DNA of 64,000 nt from Tubiluchus corallicola (Eukaryota > Animalia > Priapulida). Of the stretch, positions 41,635-55,381 are shown one piece after another. Every line of letters starts with the position of its first letter. Position 1 is the first letter of the stretch. The stretch lies in the NCBI GenBank assembly GCA_030141605.1, contig JAQGDQ010000056.1:310001-374000 (forward strand), given 5' to 3'. The notes below the pieces were generated by a model. The model ran no database searches. It was given only the letters and a program-made list of their open reading frames with translations, and had not been told where the DNA came from. The translations under genes and the position numbers were made by a program.

Positions 41635-41698
41635 ATGCAAGCGCCGATGGACAGTACCAAGCACCAACATAATGTTTCTGAAGGCTATAGTAGCACAG
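41635..41698 (+). CDS. Candidate alternative first coding exon (exon 41491-41698), MQAPMDSTKHQHNVSEGYSST
   Basis: Acceptor ttcttttttag at 41490, ATG at 41635, donor CAG|GTAATT in phase 1 (same phase as the donor at 63766). Confidence 0.4.
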
Positions 41699-42497
41699 GT
41701 AATTCCTCTTTAAATCCCTTATTCAAATTAGTCGCATTATTCTATGAACATTTGTTTCATAAATATGTTGGACGGACGGGCAAGTGAACGACAGATGATA
41801 CGATATTGCAGTTACTAAAATAAAGTTTTACTTAACTTGATTTTCCGTGCTTTTGATACACTTAGTAAACTTTACTACTTAAGCGTTATTTTTTCAAGAT
41901 GCATGTATATTTACGCAGTATGTCCACCAGAACGCATTCTACGCGAATAAGCATTATAGTAATACTACCACTGATCCCGAGATCAAATACCCTACATAAA
42001 TTTTTAAACTCGAAATTGTGACTCCTTAAATTATTAATGTTCCCTTTGGGTGCCAGATGGCGTGACGGACCTCTCTGGTTTCAAGAATAATGCCTGTACA
42101 GTCATCAGTTGTGTTAATAATTAAAAATAGTTCAGTGGTTTATCGAAGGAAAAATTTGCTTAGGAAACCGTATCATTATCCCACAGAAAATGGCTAGGCA
42201 GTTTCTTTTACAGGAAATTTATACTGCGATCATTATTACAGCGGTGACATGTCGATGTGTTGCTCTCTAGGTCTATATATTAACTTGTCTACATGCAATG
42301 TAGTAAAGTGCATGAATTAGTCAAGGTGTATTTTACTTGGGGCCACCGTTAGTAGTTTTGCAACAGTGCTAATAATCAATGTTCTCTGCAGCAGCTGTAT
42401 TCATTGTTTTCTATTTTTCTTGTTTATTTTGTTATTTCATTTTCAAATAGCAGAAGCAGCATGTTAAGTACTAAGACGTAAAAACATATTAATATAA

Positions 42498-42613
42498 TAT
42501 ACTGTATAATTTGTTTTACGTCTTATATAGACATATATATATATATATGCGTGTGTGTGTGTGTGTGTGTGCGTGTGTATATATATAAGACGTAAAACAA
42601 ATTATACAGTATA
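42498..42613. repeat. Perfect 32-bp inverted repeat enclosing an (AT)n(GT)n microsatellite
   Basis: tatactgtataatttgttttacgtcttatata (42498-42529) / tatataagacgtaaaacaaattatacagtata (42582-42613). Confidence 0.95.
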
Positions 42614-42980
42614 GCTTCAAAAATTAAAGCAAAAGTTAAATTTAAAAACACAACATTTAGAACTTTCCCTGCATCCGTGTTTATAGAAAGTTAAGTTTGA
42701 CTTCCCCCCCCCCCCTAGGGTGCATATGACAGTCATACTGCCACACACAAGGCCGCTCATGTGAACGTAGTCAGGATCTTTCACTGCCTGTCAGATGTAC
42801 CCTTTTTTGACACAATCATAAATCGTCATAAATCGTGAGAGTATTGCGAAAAGGAAGCCACCCTTTACTGAGATGTGGGCGCAAGATACATGGACCACGT
42901 GTGAACAATCTAGCCGATCACCGTGTAGCGAATTGCTTACGTTCATACTTTGAACGCCTGTCGCATTCCTCGTGTTCAGC

Positions 42981-43610
42981 TTAATGGAAAACCCGGCCCA
43001 ATCTTAAACTATATTAGCTCAAAACAATCAGCCCTATAAAATATTGGAAGGGAATGTATTATTTTTTCAAGAATGACTTAAGTGAAAGAATTATTGCCAC
43101 AGAAATCTAATTTCGTATTCGCGCGGTTAGTTCTTCACTGTTACATGCATTTCGCCAGTCGCTAGATAGATTTGTACTAGCGCCTATATTTCGGAAAAGC
43201 GTTGCACAAAAACCAGGTACTGTACCTCTCAGTTTGGAAGTGTTCAGTTGTGACGTAGTATTCACATTCAAAAGCTCATGCGTGAATACAGCGGTAAACT
43301 TGAAATTTTAATTTTAATCTTAAAGTCTGCTGAGTTCTTGTATATGACAGTGAATGTTGTACTGTTGAACACTGTGCGTCAATTTTCGCTTTCGCAAACA
43401 CATGGAATGCGCTTTGGAATATTTATACTGTTGAAAATTGTGTTCATTTGTGACATCATCACTAACTGAGCTCACTCGCCGTCAATTAAGTTTTTAGCCT
43501 ATTATTTAATTATCAGAAACGCTTTGGCATTATAAAGGTGTCAAAAATGTATATGTGTTTCGTACTTCAAAATGGACTGTGATATCAAAAATCATCGTGT
43601 TTTCCATTAA
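42981..43610. mobile_element. TTAA-flanked MITE (Kolobok/T2-like), copy 2
   Basis: Perfectly inverted ends TTAATGGAAAAC...GTTTTCCATTAA; shares blocks such as ttgcacaaaaac, tgtacctctca, aattaagttttta, gctttggca and aaaaatcat with 21304-21869. Confidence 0.82.
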
Positions 43611-45905
43611 CTAAATGCTTGTTTCGTTGTTAAGCAAATATTGCTTTGACTTTAGCAGATTCTTTGCGATGTAGGTGAATATGTAAACAGATTCAACAGG
43701 TATACTATCACGTCGTCAGATATAGCCTATATACATGTGCACATGTCATTTGGCTTGATGTTACAATAAACTCGGTTTATTGTATTCTGTAATCTATGTG
43801 TTGTTATATAATCAGATATTATTTTACTTATTAGACCCGAACCACCAATTTGCGGCTTAGCAAATCACTTTTTCATGGTGTAGACTTTTTGTTGAACTTG
43901 ATAACAGTGATCCATTCACGTTTTGTATTCGAGTAACCTGTCGACAATAAGAGGAGTCGATTATTCAAAAAATGTCTTGAAATACTGTGTATTGTTTTTC
44001 AGTAGTTATAATCATTCGTGTTTTTGTCGCGCCACTTTTAACTTCTCTATAGTAATAATAAACCTGTATCAGCTTCGCATTCCGCAAGGACTTATTTTCG
44101 GCTTTAGTTTTTTGAGTTGTGTGTCGCGAAGGTTTTGCGGTTTATGGTCGTAGACGGTCAACAAAAACAGCTGCTGTAAAATAAAGTAGCATTAATTTCG
44201 TTGGTCGTTTAGCCGCAAAAGCGTGAATTTTTACTTGCAAAGATTGATGATCGTGAATAACATTCAGTTTCATCACGTCGGAAAAATGCAGAAATTAAAT
44301 TTAGTTAAAACAATAAGTGGAAAAGCATGTAATTATAATAAGTTGAATAATTATAGGGCGCCCAAAATTTGAGCACTGCATCCGCTACAGATGAGAATTG
44401 GTAGTACGTTTGGTGGCAACTGGCAGGTAGGTAGCTCAGCTGCGTTATAATCTTCTCTGATCTGTTGAGTAGTTCTTTCTTCGTCTTTCGGGTATATTTT
44501 TATTTGAAAATTTGTTGTCTGTGAATTCACTTCACTTCTATCACAATTTTTCTACACTGTTAATTTCAGTGTTTATGAACACGTATTTTTAGGCGCTTCC
44601 TTAAATATCTATAGATGACTCAAATAAAGGGGGTGATACGTGCCGTAACGCGAAACATAGTAATTTACACAGTTTCTTTGACTTTATGGATGGCAAATAC
44701 GAACTTTAATGAATTTCAGCCCTTGTCATTAGAACTTCCATTGATTCAAAACTGAATGCTTTTCATCGTCTAACTACATTGAATGTACATATTGAAACAC
44801 AGTAATCTGTTCTACAACGTGATGTTGGTTTTGAAAGTTCTACAACAGTTTTGCGACATAAGAAAAAATTGAGTCTATTGCTGTCTACTAGACTTTAACA
44901 TCAAATTGATGCTATATAACACCTCTCTTCTACACATGGATTAGAGATATGAGACGTGTTACTTTCTGGACGCTTTTTGAAAATGCACTGTAGCAGTTCC
45001 TGAAAAAAAAACCTGTGCAGCGGAAGCTGCATATTTAAGCATCTTTTAGAGTTGCGTTTGCCAAGATTATATTTACTAATATTTCTCTGCATGCCTGGCA
45101 TCTTGGTGACCTGAAGACATCATTAGATGACTTTGCCACTGCGTTTTTGCGCGCTTGTACTCGTTTGAGAAGTTCCTGTCTACAGTCAGATCTATTTGCA
45201 TCAATTTGCAAACTAAAATTAGTCTACATCTGTGCCAGTTACGCGGTCTTTAAAAACCAAATTGCAGATACATGTATACCGCATGCCTGTTGCTGTATAT
45301 TTGCTACATTGCTTTGCCTGTCTGTAGCTTTGTAGTTTGTGAATCAAAGATGATGATCGGTTATCACATCAATTTTGTTTTCCTTCTAGTGTCATATCCG
45401 GTATACCAGACTTACTGTGGATCGCCACGCCCTTGGTGAAAATCACAGGAGGAGCATGGCCCTCTCTATGTGGGTTATGTACTCCCTACCTAATTTACCA
45501 AAACATACTTGTGGCTTTATGGAGGTGTCGTCTTGAGAATGGCTTGACCAAAACCACATTCTGGCATAATTTATGTACTGTAGTATGTTGGGCAAAAAAT
45601 CAGCAACTGTTTGTCTTGCGTACCTTAACTCCGCTTCACATGAATGCGTCCACTTTCCTTCTAGAGGTCAACACGGTGAATTTTATTGTTTCCCACTCGT
45701 GGCTTTGTTTGTTTACTCTCATGTCTGAAAAACAACTTTGAAAGGAGGCGTTGTTACCAAAACCGTTTTATTGATGTTTTTTAAAGAACAAAAAGGTCTT
45801 TGGTGACCCCTTTACGTAGTCCATGGCAGTGTGATATTGATAGTTGTACTATCATTGAGATCATCGAGGTCACTCGAGCCAGTCTGATCTTTTAGCTTCT
45901 CATAA

Positions 45906-45956
45906 ACACACACACGCACGCACACGCGCACACGCACACACACACACACACACACA
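45906..45956. repeat. Imperfect (CA)n/(CACG)n microsatellite
   Basis: Read directly from the sequence. Confidence 0.9.
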
Positions 45957-48900
45957 TATGCAGATTCATTTACAGGTTCTACAATTATCCAACCTTCTAT
46001 AATTTTATTTTTCTACAACATTTTGGTTAGCAGAACACGTAGAACAACATAAGATATTGTATATCTATACCATCTGGTGCAGCTTTTAAAACGATGTTAG
46101 TAATTAGAGATAGTACAGGTAGCAGAACTGGAGAGGGCCTCGAAATTCGAGTCCGAGGACAACATGATCTGTGCTTAATCTGATTCACATACACGATTCA
46201 TCAGCTTTATAGTGACTCATGTCTTGGCAGGGCGACTTCACTGATTTGGTTTTGTACGAGTCGACTATTTGCAAAATTTACAACAACTAGTAGCTCACAT
46301 ATAGTTCCCCAGCTATCACTATCAAAAAATGGCAAAATATAGATGATACTCTAGTACGTAATGTACTGGTCGTAAGGTTCATTCAAAATTTATGGAGATT
46401 TGTTCCGATTTTTTTCAAAATATATCTTGGATTCTCAAAATGGCAATTTCCTAATATGGTTTTTTATCATGTCTTCACTGCAGAGTCAGTCAATCCTCCA
46501 ATTATAGTAGCTAACTCTTTCCTTGTGACCACAGCAATGCATGGGTAAAATTGCTGGGATGGTGGAGGCAGGGTGATGCTATATAGGTTAGGAGGCTTTC
46601 CAGGAGGTACCCATCTGTTCTATCTCAAAATAGCCTAAAAGCATATAACTGAGACACTCATTGGCTAGTTTTTTTCCTACTGCAAATTTTTATCTATACA
46701 ATGTAATACTCACGACTTTGTTACATAACATCCCTACTTCAGAGGTTGTTCAGAGTGGTACAGTAGTTGGGCCTGGGGCGTTTTGTGAAAAAGTACTTTG
46801 CATGTGTTGGTTACCATATTATCGAAAGGTTCTTGCAGAAAACTTTTTGGAACACGCATTTTGGAAAAAAATATTGCGTTATTATAAGAATTACGATCAT
46901 GGCTGTAATTTTACAGTGGATCGACTAATTGACTAAATGTCTTCGAAGCGTGTTGAAATGTAGTTGAAATGTAGGTTGAATCACTTATTTATAATCTAGT
47001 GTCAAGATTATCGTTAATGATGGTACGAACCCACAATTAACTAAATTGTGAATGAAAAGTTGGAACACAATCTAGGTTTCAACTAGCCGAATGTCCCTGG
47101 TTCAAATTCAGCTGCGTTTCAACTATTCGCAAGGGAAAATAAATTTCTTGTCTTTCGAACTTAGTATCAAAAATTAATTAATTATGGTTTTAGACTTTCA
47201 TGAAGATTTAATGTTCGTGACAGTGGTGGTAGCGGCTGTGGTGGTAGTGGTGACGATGGTGATGATGATGACGACGATGGTGGTGATAATAGACGCTATG
47301 ACAGCTGAAATGCGACAATGTCAGTAATAACGAGAAGAATGGTGATAATGGTGATGACAGCAGTTGGCATCGAGGACGTGTTGTGAATCTTCACCGTGGT
47401 TAATTATGGGATATCCATTTATCGTATATCCCTTCAATTTGGCCGAAGTTATGGTAACTGAGTGTTTATAGTACTTGATTGCTGATTTACGTGTTCTAGG
47501 ATTTGATGAGATTTTATGAGCCACATGCTAACCGATCAAAACTGTATCAGCTGCTTTCTTGCTCTACCTAGGTCAGCCTTAATTGAGTACCTGGTCATGG
47601 GAGAAAGGTACCTATCCTTGTGTGCCAAAAATAGATGGCGTAAATTCTATCCCGATGCTAGACGACTATATCTACAGTTTGATACCATGCCTTGTAAATG
47701 TGACTATTGCGTGTGTTTGCTTTGTATGCACTCGGTTTCTTTGAACTGGTATCTTTGAACTGGTATGAAAACGTTTCTACCTACGGCAAGACTAAATCTT
47801 GAGTGGAGAAATATGTAAGTGGGGAGGGGGATGAAGTGGATGAATAATCACCATCTTCTTGTGAATATGTCTACTATTCTGTGAAAATTATATATTTGTC
47901 TGCATGAAGCCGTCTAACATGGTGCCACCTGCTGAACTGTGTGAACGTTAGTGCGTGTGACAGAGGCTTTGTAGGAAGTATTGCTTACTTCTATCTTAAA
48001 CAGCTTGTTGATACTGCGATTCATTACACTGTATGTAAGCGGTTTTCAATTTTTTCTGTTGTTTTAATTTGTTTAAAGCTCTATAGTTAGGAGTTTGTTT
48101 ATTAACAAAGGCAAAAGTTTGAACTAAATGTTTTTGCTTGATTTCTGTAGCGGGAGTTTAAATTTACATGTTTTATTATACAGCGTTACTGCCGACGCAA
48201 TCCCTGTATGCAAAAAGGCAGTGTGTAAGTGGTATAAATGTCAAGGCGAATTTCTTAAGCTTTATGTTAGTGGAGGATTTTCTCATGCTTTAACTTTACA
48301 CCGCTGGTTTAGCTTCTTATTTGATTCCTACAAGTTGTTAGCTTGCGATGGTCCGTTTAATTATAGTGCACATCTATGTGTAGGTTTCTAATTATCAGCT
48401 ACTTACATTGCGATTGATTTACCATAGCTGCGATGCTGGTTTAATTTTTGCATGTTTTTTTTGTTGCTTGCTCTGGTGCAATTGTTTGAACAAACTTGTA
48501 ATGCCGTTCTTTTTAAAGATGGCCACGTCTTTTTGGTGCAGATCGTGTCCGAATTTGGCGGAATTACTGCTCGTTCATACAACTGCAATTGTGCTTTTCT
48601 TGCGTCTCCGCACTCAATCGGAACACAGATCTAAGTATTCCTGCCACCTCAGCAGTTATTTACTGTGAAAATGTTTACATTAAATAAAGATAAAAAGTTT
48701 GTATGTCAGCAGTATTATTTAGGAGTTGTTTACAGTTTGCGTACGCGGGCAATAAGTTGAACCTATCATCTAGCGCTGAGGCTGCGTGCACGAGGAATGA
48801 AGGTGAATTCAAGGACTTTAACGGTTTGAAGGACTTTACAAGCGCAAGCTCGATGTGCTTGGTTAGATTGCATGTTTGTAAGCATATAGGCAACATCAAC

Positions 48901-51900
48901 GCATGGTTTGTGTGCAAACAAATACTCGTGACCAATTTCTGTACTGAGTAGTGGCGATATTTTTGTGCAAAATCAGCATATTTTCACTGGATTTGTGCCG
49001 TTGTGAAGCTGAGATTATTTGACGTATGGGAAGCCAGCAGCAGCCGGCTGCACACTACGCTCGTCTGCAGTCTGCGTGGAATAAAGTTTGCGGCTTAATC
49101 AGTGCCGAGTTTTTTTTGTGTTATTTTTCTAGGAAGAACTAAGTCTTAATTGATTTAATCCGTGGTTTAGACGTATTTTTACATCTAATTTAGTCTAGAT
49201 TTTCTTTATTATCAGAATTTCCTGGCTGGGTCAAACTGCGCTAGTAAATACAGCGCGTTGTTAAGTAAAAGATTGTTTCGACAACAAGCTTGCTTTCTAT
49301 CATAGATAATATAAGGGTTTTAAAATTGTATTATGTTAAGAAAAAGCCAAGCAAAGTAGTTAAGACAATTATAATACACGTTTCAAGTATTGCTAATGGC
49401 AACTTTTTATCGTTGAGATTCACTTTTAGTTTGATAATTTTTATTGCCTATAAATTATTACTATTGGGATGACTAATTTGTTTTGAGTACCGACTTCAAT
49501 TAAGTAGATTATAGTGGATCTAATTATAGTGGAAGCGGGTTATGTGTACTATATGTGTTATATATATATATAGTTTCCGGCTGCTTTCTTTAATTTTTGG
49601 CGGCGTCATTTTTTATATTAAGTAGTGAAAAACAGCCACGACAAACCTTTGCCCTGTATAAGTGCTGATCTATTTATTATGACAGATTATATACTTTAGT
49701 AAACAGGCCATGCAGCTTAAGTAAACCTGTGTAGCATTTACATTTATTTCGTAGCAATATGGGAACTCTTTTGCCTTTCTACAACTGGATTTTCGTTCTT
49801 AACGTACGTCTGACAAGGGCTACATGTTTTATGAAGAAACAATAATTATTGACCGCTGTGTTATCTTACCATCAAATGTTACTATCTATTTATGAAAACT
49901 GAAAATTTTAATTAGAAATTCAGCTAGCTTGCTTTTATTGCTTCGACAGCCTAGTTTAGGTAAATTTCAGTGGTATTCTATACAGATCAATTATTTGAAA
50001 TTGCACGTTTTAGAATTTAGAATCGAAAATCAACTACGATTATACAAACTTTTGCTTCAAATGCTAACCAGTAATTTGCTTGAATAAGTTTGGTTGGATG
50101 TAAACTATTTAGTGAAATTTTCAAATAATTTTAGAAGTGCAGACTACAGAGACATAATACATGCTGTCTGCTGTGCACATTCACTACAGCGCTCGGTTTT
50201 TTATAGTTTGCAAATCGTAACTTCTTTTCTGGTTGACCTCTTGTTAATAAGGTTATTAGCACTACAACCCGGCAAGGTGTATTATAGCTGGAAAGCATCA
50301 TTAATATTCTATAATATGTTAAGCCATTATCGCCTCAAAATTTTAATAGAGTCACCCTCGGAGTCTTAGTGATACATTTAACATTTTCAGAACCAAAATT
50401 GGCACATTTAGCAAATTCACAACTTCACACGACTTTTACAGGTTAAGAACGTTTTCAAAAATGGCGTAAAAAATTAGTTACCATTAACTATGGAAATAAG
50501 GGCAAAGTAACGTGCAAAAATCTATATTCAGTATTTAAGACTAAAGCTGTTTTTCGCTCAATATTTTGGCTTCTCTGAATTAATACTGATGCTTGATAGA
50601 TAGAAACAAAGAAGATATAATGTAGGTAGGAAAGAAAAGGTCATGAAAGCTAGAAAAAAGACCTCCTCTAAAGTGGGAAAAATCTTGGAACTGGGATTTA
50701 TCATTCTGATGGATTTCCTTATCGATGTTCAATTGAATTTGATTGTTATTTGAAACCATGTAAACAGTTAAAAAAGCCCCTATTATGTAGTAATTCACGA
50801 TTTTTCTCATTTTTAATCCGCATGTGCAATCTTGCGACTTGATTGACTATTTAGCACTTTTGCTGGCTGCTGTCTAAAGGCTTATACTAATAGTTTATTT
50901 GCAATCAAGGCACAGGCAATTTCATTGTTAGCGCAAGTTTCATGACTTGTACCAATGTAGATTTACTAAAGCCGCCAACGAAATTATTCATTTAGGAACC
51001 AACAGCTGAAGTTTAGCCTAAGCGAATTATGATTAATTACGGGGATTAAGGAAGAGCCGATTAAAAATAATGAAATTGCGACGTCGTTTTAAAGGATTAT
51101 ACTCGGTTGTGATGACCACGATTTGTTCAGGGATTTGAAGTCGTGTCTTCGACTGTGCTTAATAATTTTGTGAGGATTAAAACACTTACAACTAGTAAAA
51201 TTTTCAACTGAAATTTGGGCAGATGTTCTATAATATTCACATTACGCATCACATGCGAAAAACTACTTATACTTACATGTGTTAGAAGTCGGAACAATTA
51301 GACAAAGACTTTGTGAGCCATATTATTGCGAATGCTGTCATATTTTCCAATTCATACATACAGGCTTACTCAGTCTAAGCTTTAAATGCATGTTGCAAGA
51401 TAACTCATAATTACAAAAAATTTGAAACCAAACTTTGCCAAAAGAATAATAATATGTAAAAAAGACAAGGATAATCCTACATTTGAACTTTTGTGTATTA
51501 CTTCCAATTTGTTAACCATTTGACATCACAACCCTTCTCACGTGTTACATATAATCATAATAGTCGGCACACCTACGAGCTGACCAATGCACACTTAATA
51601 CCTTACTTTGATCCTCTGCGAAGTTTTAAAAATTCCATAAATAATGAAACTTGCAAAGAACTTATTGACTTTTTTTACAGTTTTTTTTGTTATTTTTTCT
51701 TAACTTCAAGCAAGTTGAAAAAAATCGTAATTTGGCGGTAACCCTTCGTCCTTTTTTGCTCACTGTCCTGTTTACAGTTATCCCCAGTCATGCAAAAATG
51801 CCCTTCGAAAAGTGACTCTTTCTACTGTTGTACTGCTTTGCAGTTAGTCAATAAATAAAAGAAACTGTTTTCGCCGAAATTTTCTCGGAAAACTGACAAA

Positions 51901-53716
51901 AATTTATTTATATAGAAATTCATTTTCTGCTCTTGTTTGTCACGTCTGCAGTGCACTTTTATTTAAGGTTTAATTGACAAGAACCTCTATATTTTCGCTT
52001 ACTGGAAGATTTCAAAGATCAATGCCATTTCAAGACATTCATTCTAAAGTTTATACTGAGATACAATTTCTCACAACCCGACAAGTTGTGAAGTGTGAAA
52101 ACTATGTCGATTCGCACATTATTCACCATTGGTGCATAAATGTCATAGTGCTGCATGCTTCGAAGTAGCAAATGACATAGCCATGCATGCGCTGCCAATT
52201 TTTTACTTAACTGAATTGTACCAGGTTCATATATTTTCTTATTATGGTGGTTAGGTTACATAACTTTTACTGCCAATGCAAAGTTTGGCGATCTGGGCAA
52301 GACTGATTTTTAAGTAGTGTGTCAAATTATACTATACGCCACCATTACCTGGACTGGTCAGCAAGATTGGTGCTAGTATGGACGGTGCAGCATTAACCTC
52401 TTTCAGTTAGAAAATTGTGCACGCCTGTCAGAAAATTGCAGCGTTTGTATAGTTCTTGAGTATTGGATATCCGTGGTTTCGAACCCACACCTCCTGCACG
52501 AAAGCGGTTTTTTCAAACATGCTAACTGATTGCCTTATTTTGCAATCAAGGCACCAACATTCAATAAAATTTCATATTGTGGTTGAATGGCTGTCTTTTT
52601 TCACGAATTTCACGATTGCGGGTCAACTGAAAGACATCAGTATATTTTTGCTTGTTCATTTCATTCATATCATTGCATGCAGTTATGTATTTTTTAAAGA
52701 CCTTTTACGATGAAAGTCTTTTACATCAATAATTTCATGGCTGGACATTAATATTGACTGTGCGCACAACAGAAAAGTCGGCAGTGCACGCTAAGCCCCG
52801 CCTACGCGGCCCAGTGTCACAAACTTGTGATCGTTGAAAGCCTTAAACTCGTTAGGCAAACCGAAAAAAAAACGTGAAGAATGTGTGCATGTTTTATAGT
52901 AATTATTGCATCAGTAAAATGTATCAATGTTATGTACTTGCCAAACTACAGCAAGTTGTCAAACAAAATGGCACAAAGTTGTTGCGAAGTTGTTTTTAAC
53001 TATATTTCAATAAAATTAGTCCGCATATCTTTAGTATAAAACTAACACATAATCAATGTAAAAGACTTATGTAAGCAATCTGGCGTTAAACAACATGAGC
53101 TAGTTACCCCAGATAAACATTGTTAATAATTAAGAGGTCTGCCAAATATTGGATGTTCAGTCTTAAAGGATAGAGCAAGTCTCAGTATATTGGGTTTATT
53201 TTACTGTTAGCATTTAAACTTAGGAAAATATAACAAAGAAATTTGCAATAAACTGGCTATAAAGTATAAACTTAGAATATACTACCTGTGAATAGAAATT
53301 TTCAGGCTTGTGGGTTGCCGCCATCTACTTCGTGTCTTTTTGTGAGGGCGTCGTGGCTTTCTGTAACCGCACAGTGCTTAAATTTATTCAAATTGTGCAG
53401 CTTACCTAATGTTGACGCAAAATATCACAAAATTAGCTATATAATTTTTTTGTAAAAACTTATTATACTTTGATGAAGATTGACAGTGTGCTACTTTTCT
53501 TCAAAACGAATGACGATATTGGAAGAAAAGTGGAATACAGATTTTCTTTAATCTGCAGGTCAAAACATTCTACCTTGTAAAATGTTGGAAAGGAACATAC
53601 TATTTTTTCAAGATTGTCTGACTTCTACACGCCTACATTACTATTACCCAGCCACGATGTTTCACCATTGTAATGTCTTTGTTTTACTGTTAAACACTTT
53701 AGTTGCAGAAATCTTG

Positions 53717-53718
<2 letters not shown>

Positions 53719-53781
<63 letters not shown>
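53719..53781. repeat. (AAT)n microsatellite
   Basis: ~20 units. Confidence 0.97.
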
Positions 53782-53783
<2 letters not shown>

Positions 53784-55160
53784 TATTTGTTGTTAATTCT
53801 CGCAGTATATTTTAATACATTATCCACGTCTGTTTGTAAGTTGCTTTTGTAATAGAGCAGTAGCGAGTCAGATAAAAAGGCAAAATGAGAGTTGATTGGC
53901 CATCGCTAGGTGGACCCCACTGGTTTACTGCAGTGATGTGTGCCGATCTGCTTGCCTAGTAAATGGCATGCCTTGGAATTGTTAAGCGTTGGGCGCAACG
54001 ATGCTGTGCGTTGGGCAAAATAACAGTATTTAGGGTACTAAACTCAAAAACCTAAAGTAAATCGAACATTTCTAAACTAAAGATGGGGGAAGTTGTTTGC
54101 TGCTAAAACGGAGCTGGGTCTTAGGCAAAGGTCACAGCTGCCATTTGAAAAACTGGTTTTAAAAACTTTTGAGGCTAATGACACTATCACACGGATACTT
54201 TGATTACCGTATTTATTCCGTACAGCAGGGTGAGACGGACAAAATCCAAATTTAGCATATAGGATGTCTGCATAAATATACCAAGTGGGACATCTGATCA
54301 TAAAAGTGAACAAATTTCTCATGTCTTCTTTGCTTCCATGGCACGCTTTGTATCTCAATGGTGAATTATTCTAACGTAAATTAGCGTAAAATGTATATAT
54401 TTTTAAAATTGGGCGTTTAGTAGCTAGCTGTTTTATAACTGAATAAATTTAGTGCTGTTCGGGTTGATAGATACTAATTAAATGTGCCAATCTGATACGT
54501 AGCTTATCATATCAAGCATTGGGCCTTTGCGCTTTTGTGAAATCTTTTAAAATGTTTTAGAAAAGTGTTTTTACTGTTGTGTGTCGTTTAATTCTTTTAT
54601 GCATTTTGCATTTTATTAAATAATGTTCTTTTCGCCGGAGCACGTAAAACCATTTGTAGAAAACTATGCCAGAGCGGATTCAAAACTGTAACCTTATTTT
54701 CACCTATTAAACGCATTCTCAGTGCTTTTTACAAACCTTATATCATGGTGGTTACTGGGCAAAAAACCTTAATTTCACATTTGCTTCACATTTACTGCTT
54801 TGATATATTTACAATTTTACATTGACTCATGTTCATTATAACTGTTTTATTACTTACCACATGTATTTTACATGCATTTACTTGCATTCCTCTTGAAATT
54901 ATGACAAAATTCGTCATAATTTTTTAACAAAAAATCCAGTTTTATTTTGTTCCTAATTACACGTTTTTTTCCCGTATTTATCATCGTGGCAATAAAAATT
55001 GAAAACCTCCGTATTACATGTGCCTCCTGCTAAATCTTGTGCCAAGAGCACTCCCTCATGACACTTGAGAAGTGGTGTAAAACACAGGAGCCCTATTTTC
55101 TTTGACGGGCGCTATGAAAAGTCATACATGAGCGTTCATACGCAGTATTTCCGTGTTAAC

Positions 55161-55161
55161 T

Positions 55162-55224
<63 letters not shown>

Positions 55225-55381
55225 TTCGTTTAGCACATAGTCCAAGGATAGCAACTTAAGTACCTCAATACTTATATCCAAGGTACCATTTTTCAAGTCT
55301 TTGGTATGACTCGGTCGAGCGTTGAATCCACGACCTCCCGGGTGGTAAGCGAGCACGCTACCATTGAGCTACGCCACCCGG
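55161..55381 (-). mobile_element. tRNA-derived SINE with a MetaSINE-like core and a (TTA)n tail
   Basis: Minus strand: A box TAGCTCAATGG, B-box-like GGATTCAACGC, then GTCATACCAAAGACTTGAAAAATGGTACC (resembles the Meta domain as I recall it), ending in ~20 ATT units (55163-55225). Confidence 0.75.

Noticed and set aside
52460-52535. Further SINE-like fragments (B-box-like GGTTCGAAACC on the minus strand; also ~47530-47600 and ~60990-61080)
   Set aside because: Too degraded to define boundaries or family by eye.
53582-53815. Poly-Asn ORF (also the poly-Ile ORF at 55156-55356 and His-rich ORFs at 37179-37388 and 47321-47524)
   Set aside because: These derive from trinucleotide or low-complexity repeats.
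55300-55381. tRNA gene
   Set aside because: It has an A box and a B-box-like motif but no complete cloverleaf or acceptor stem, and it runs into a SINE core and tail.
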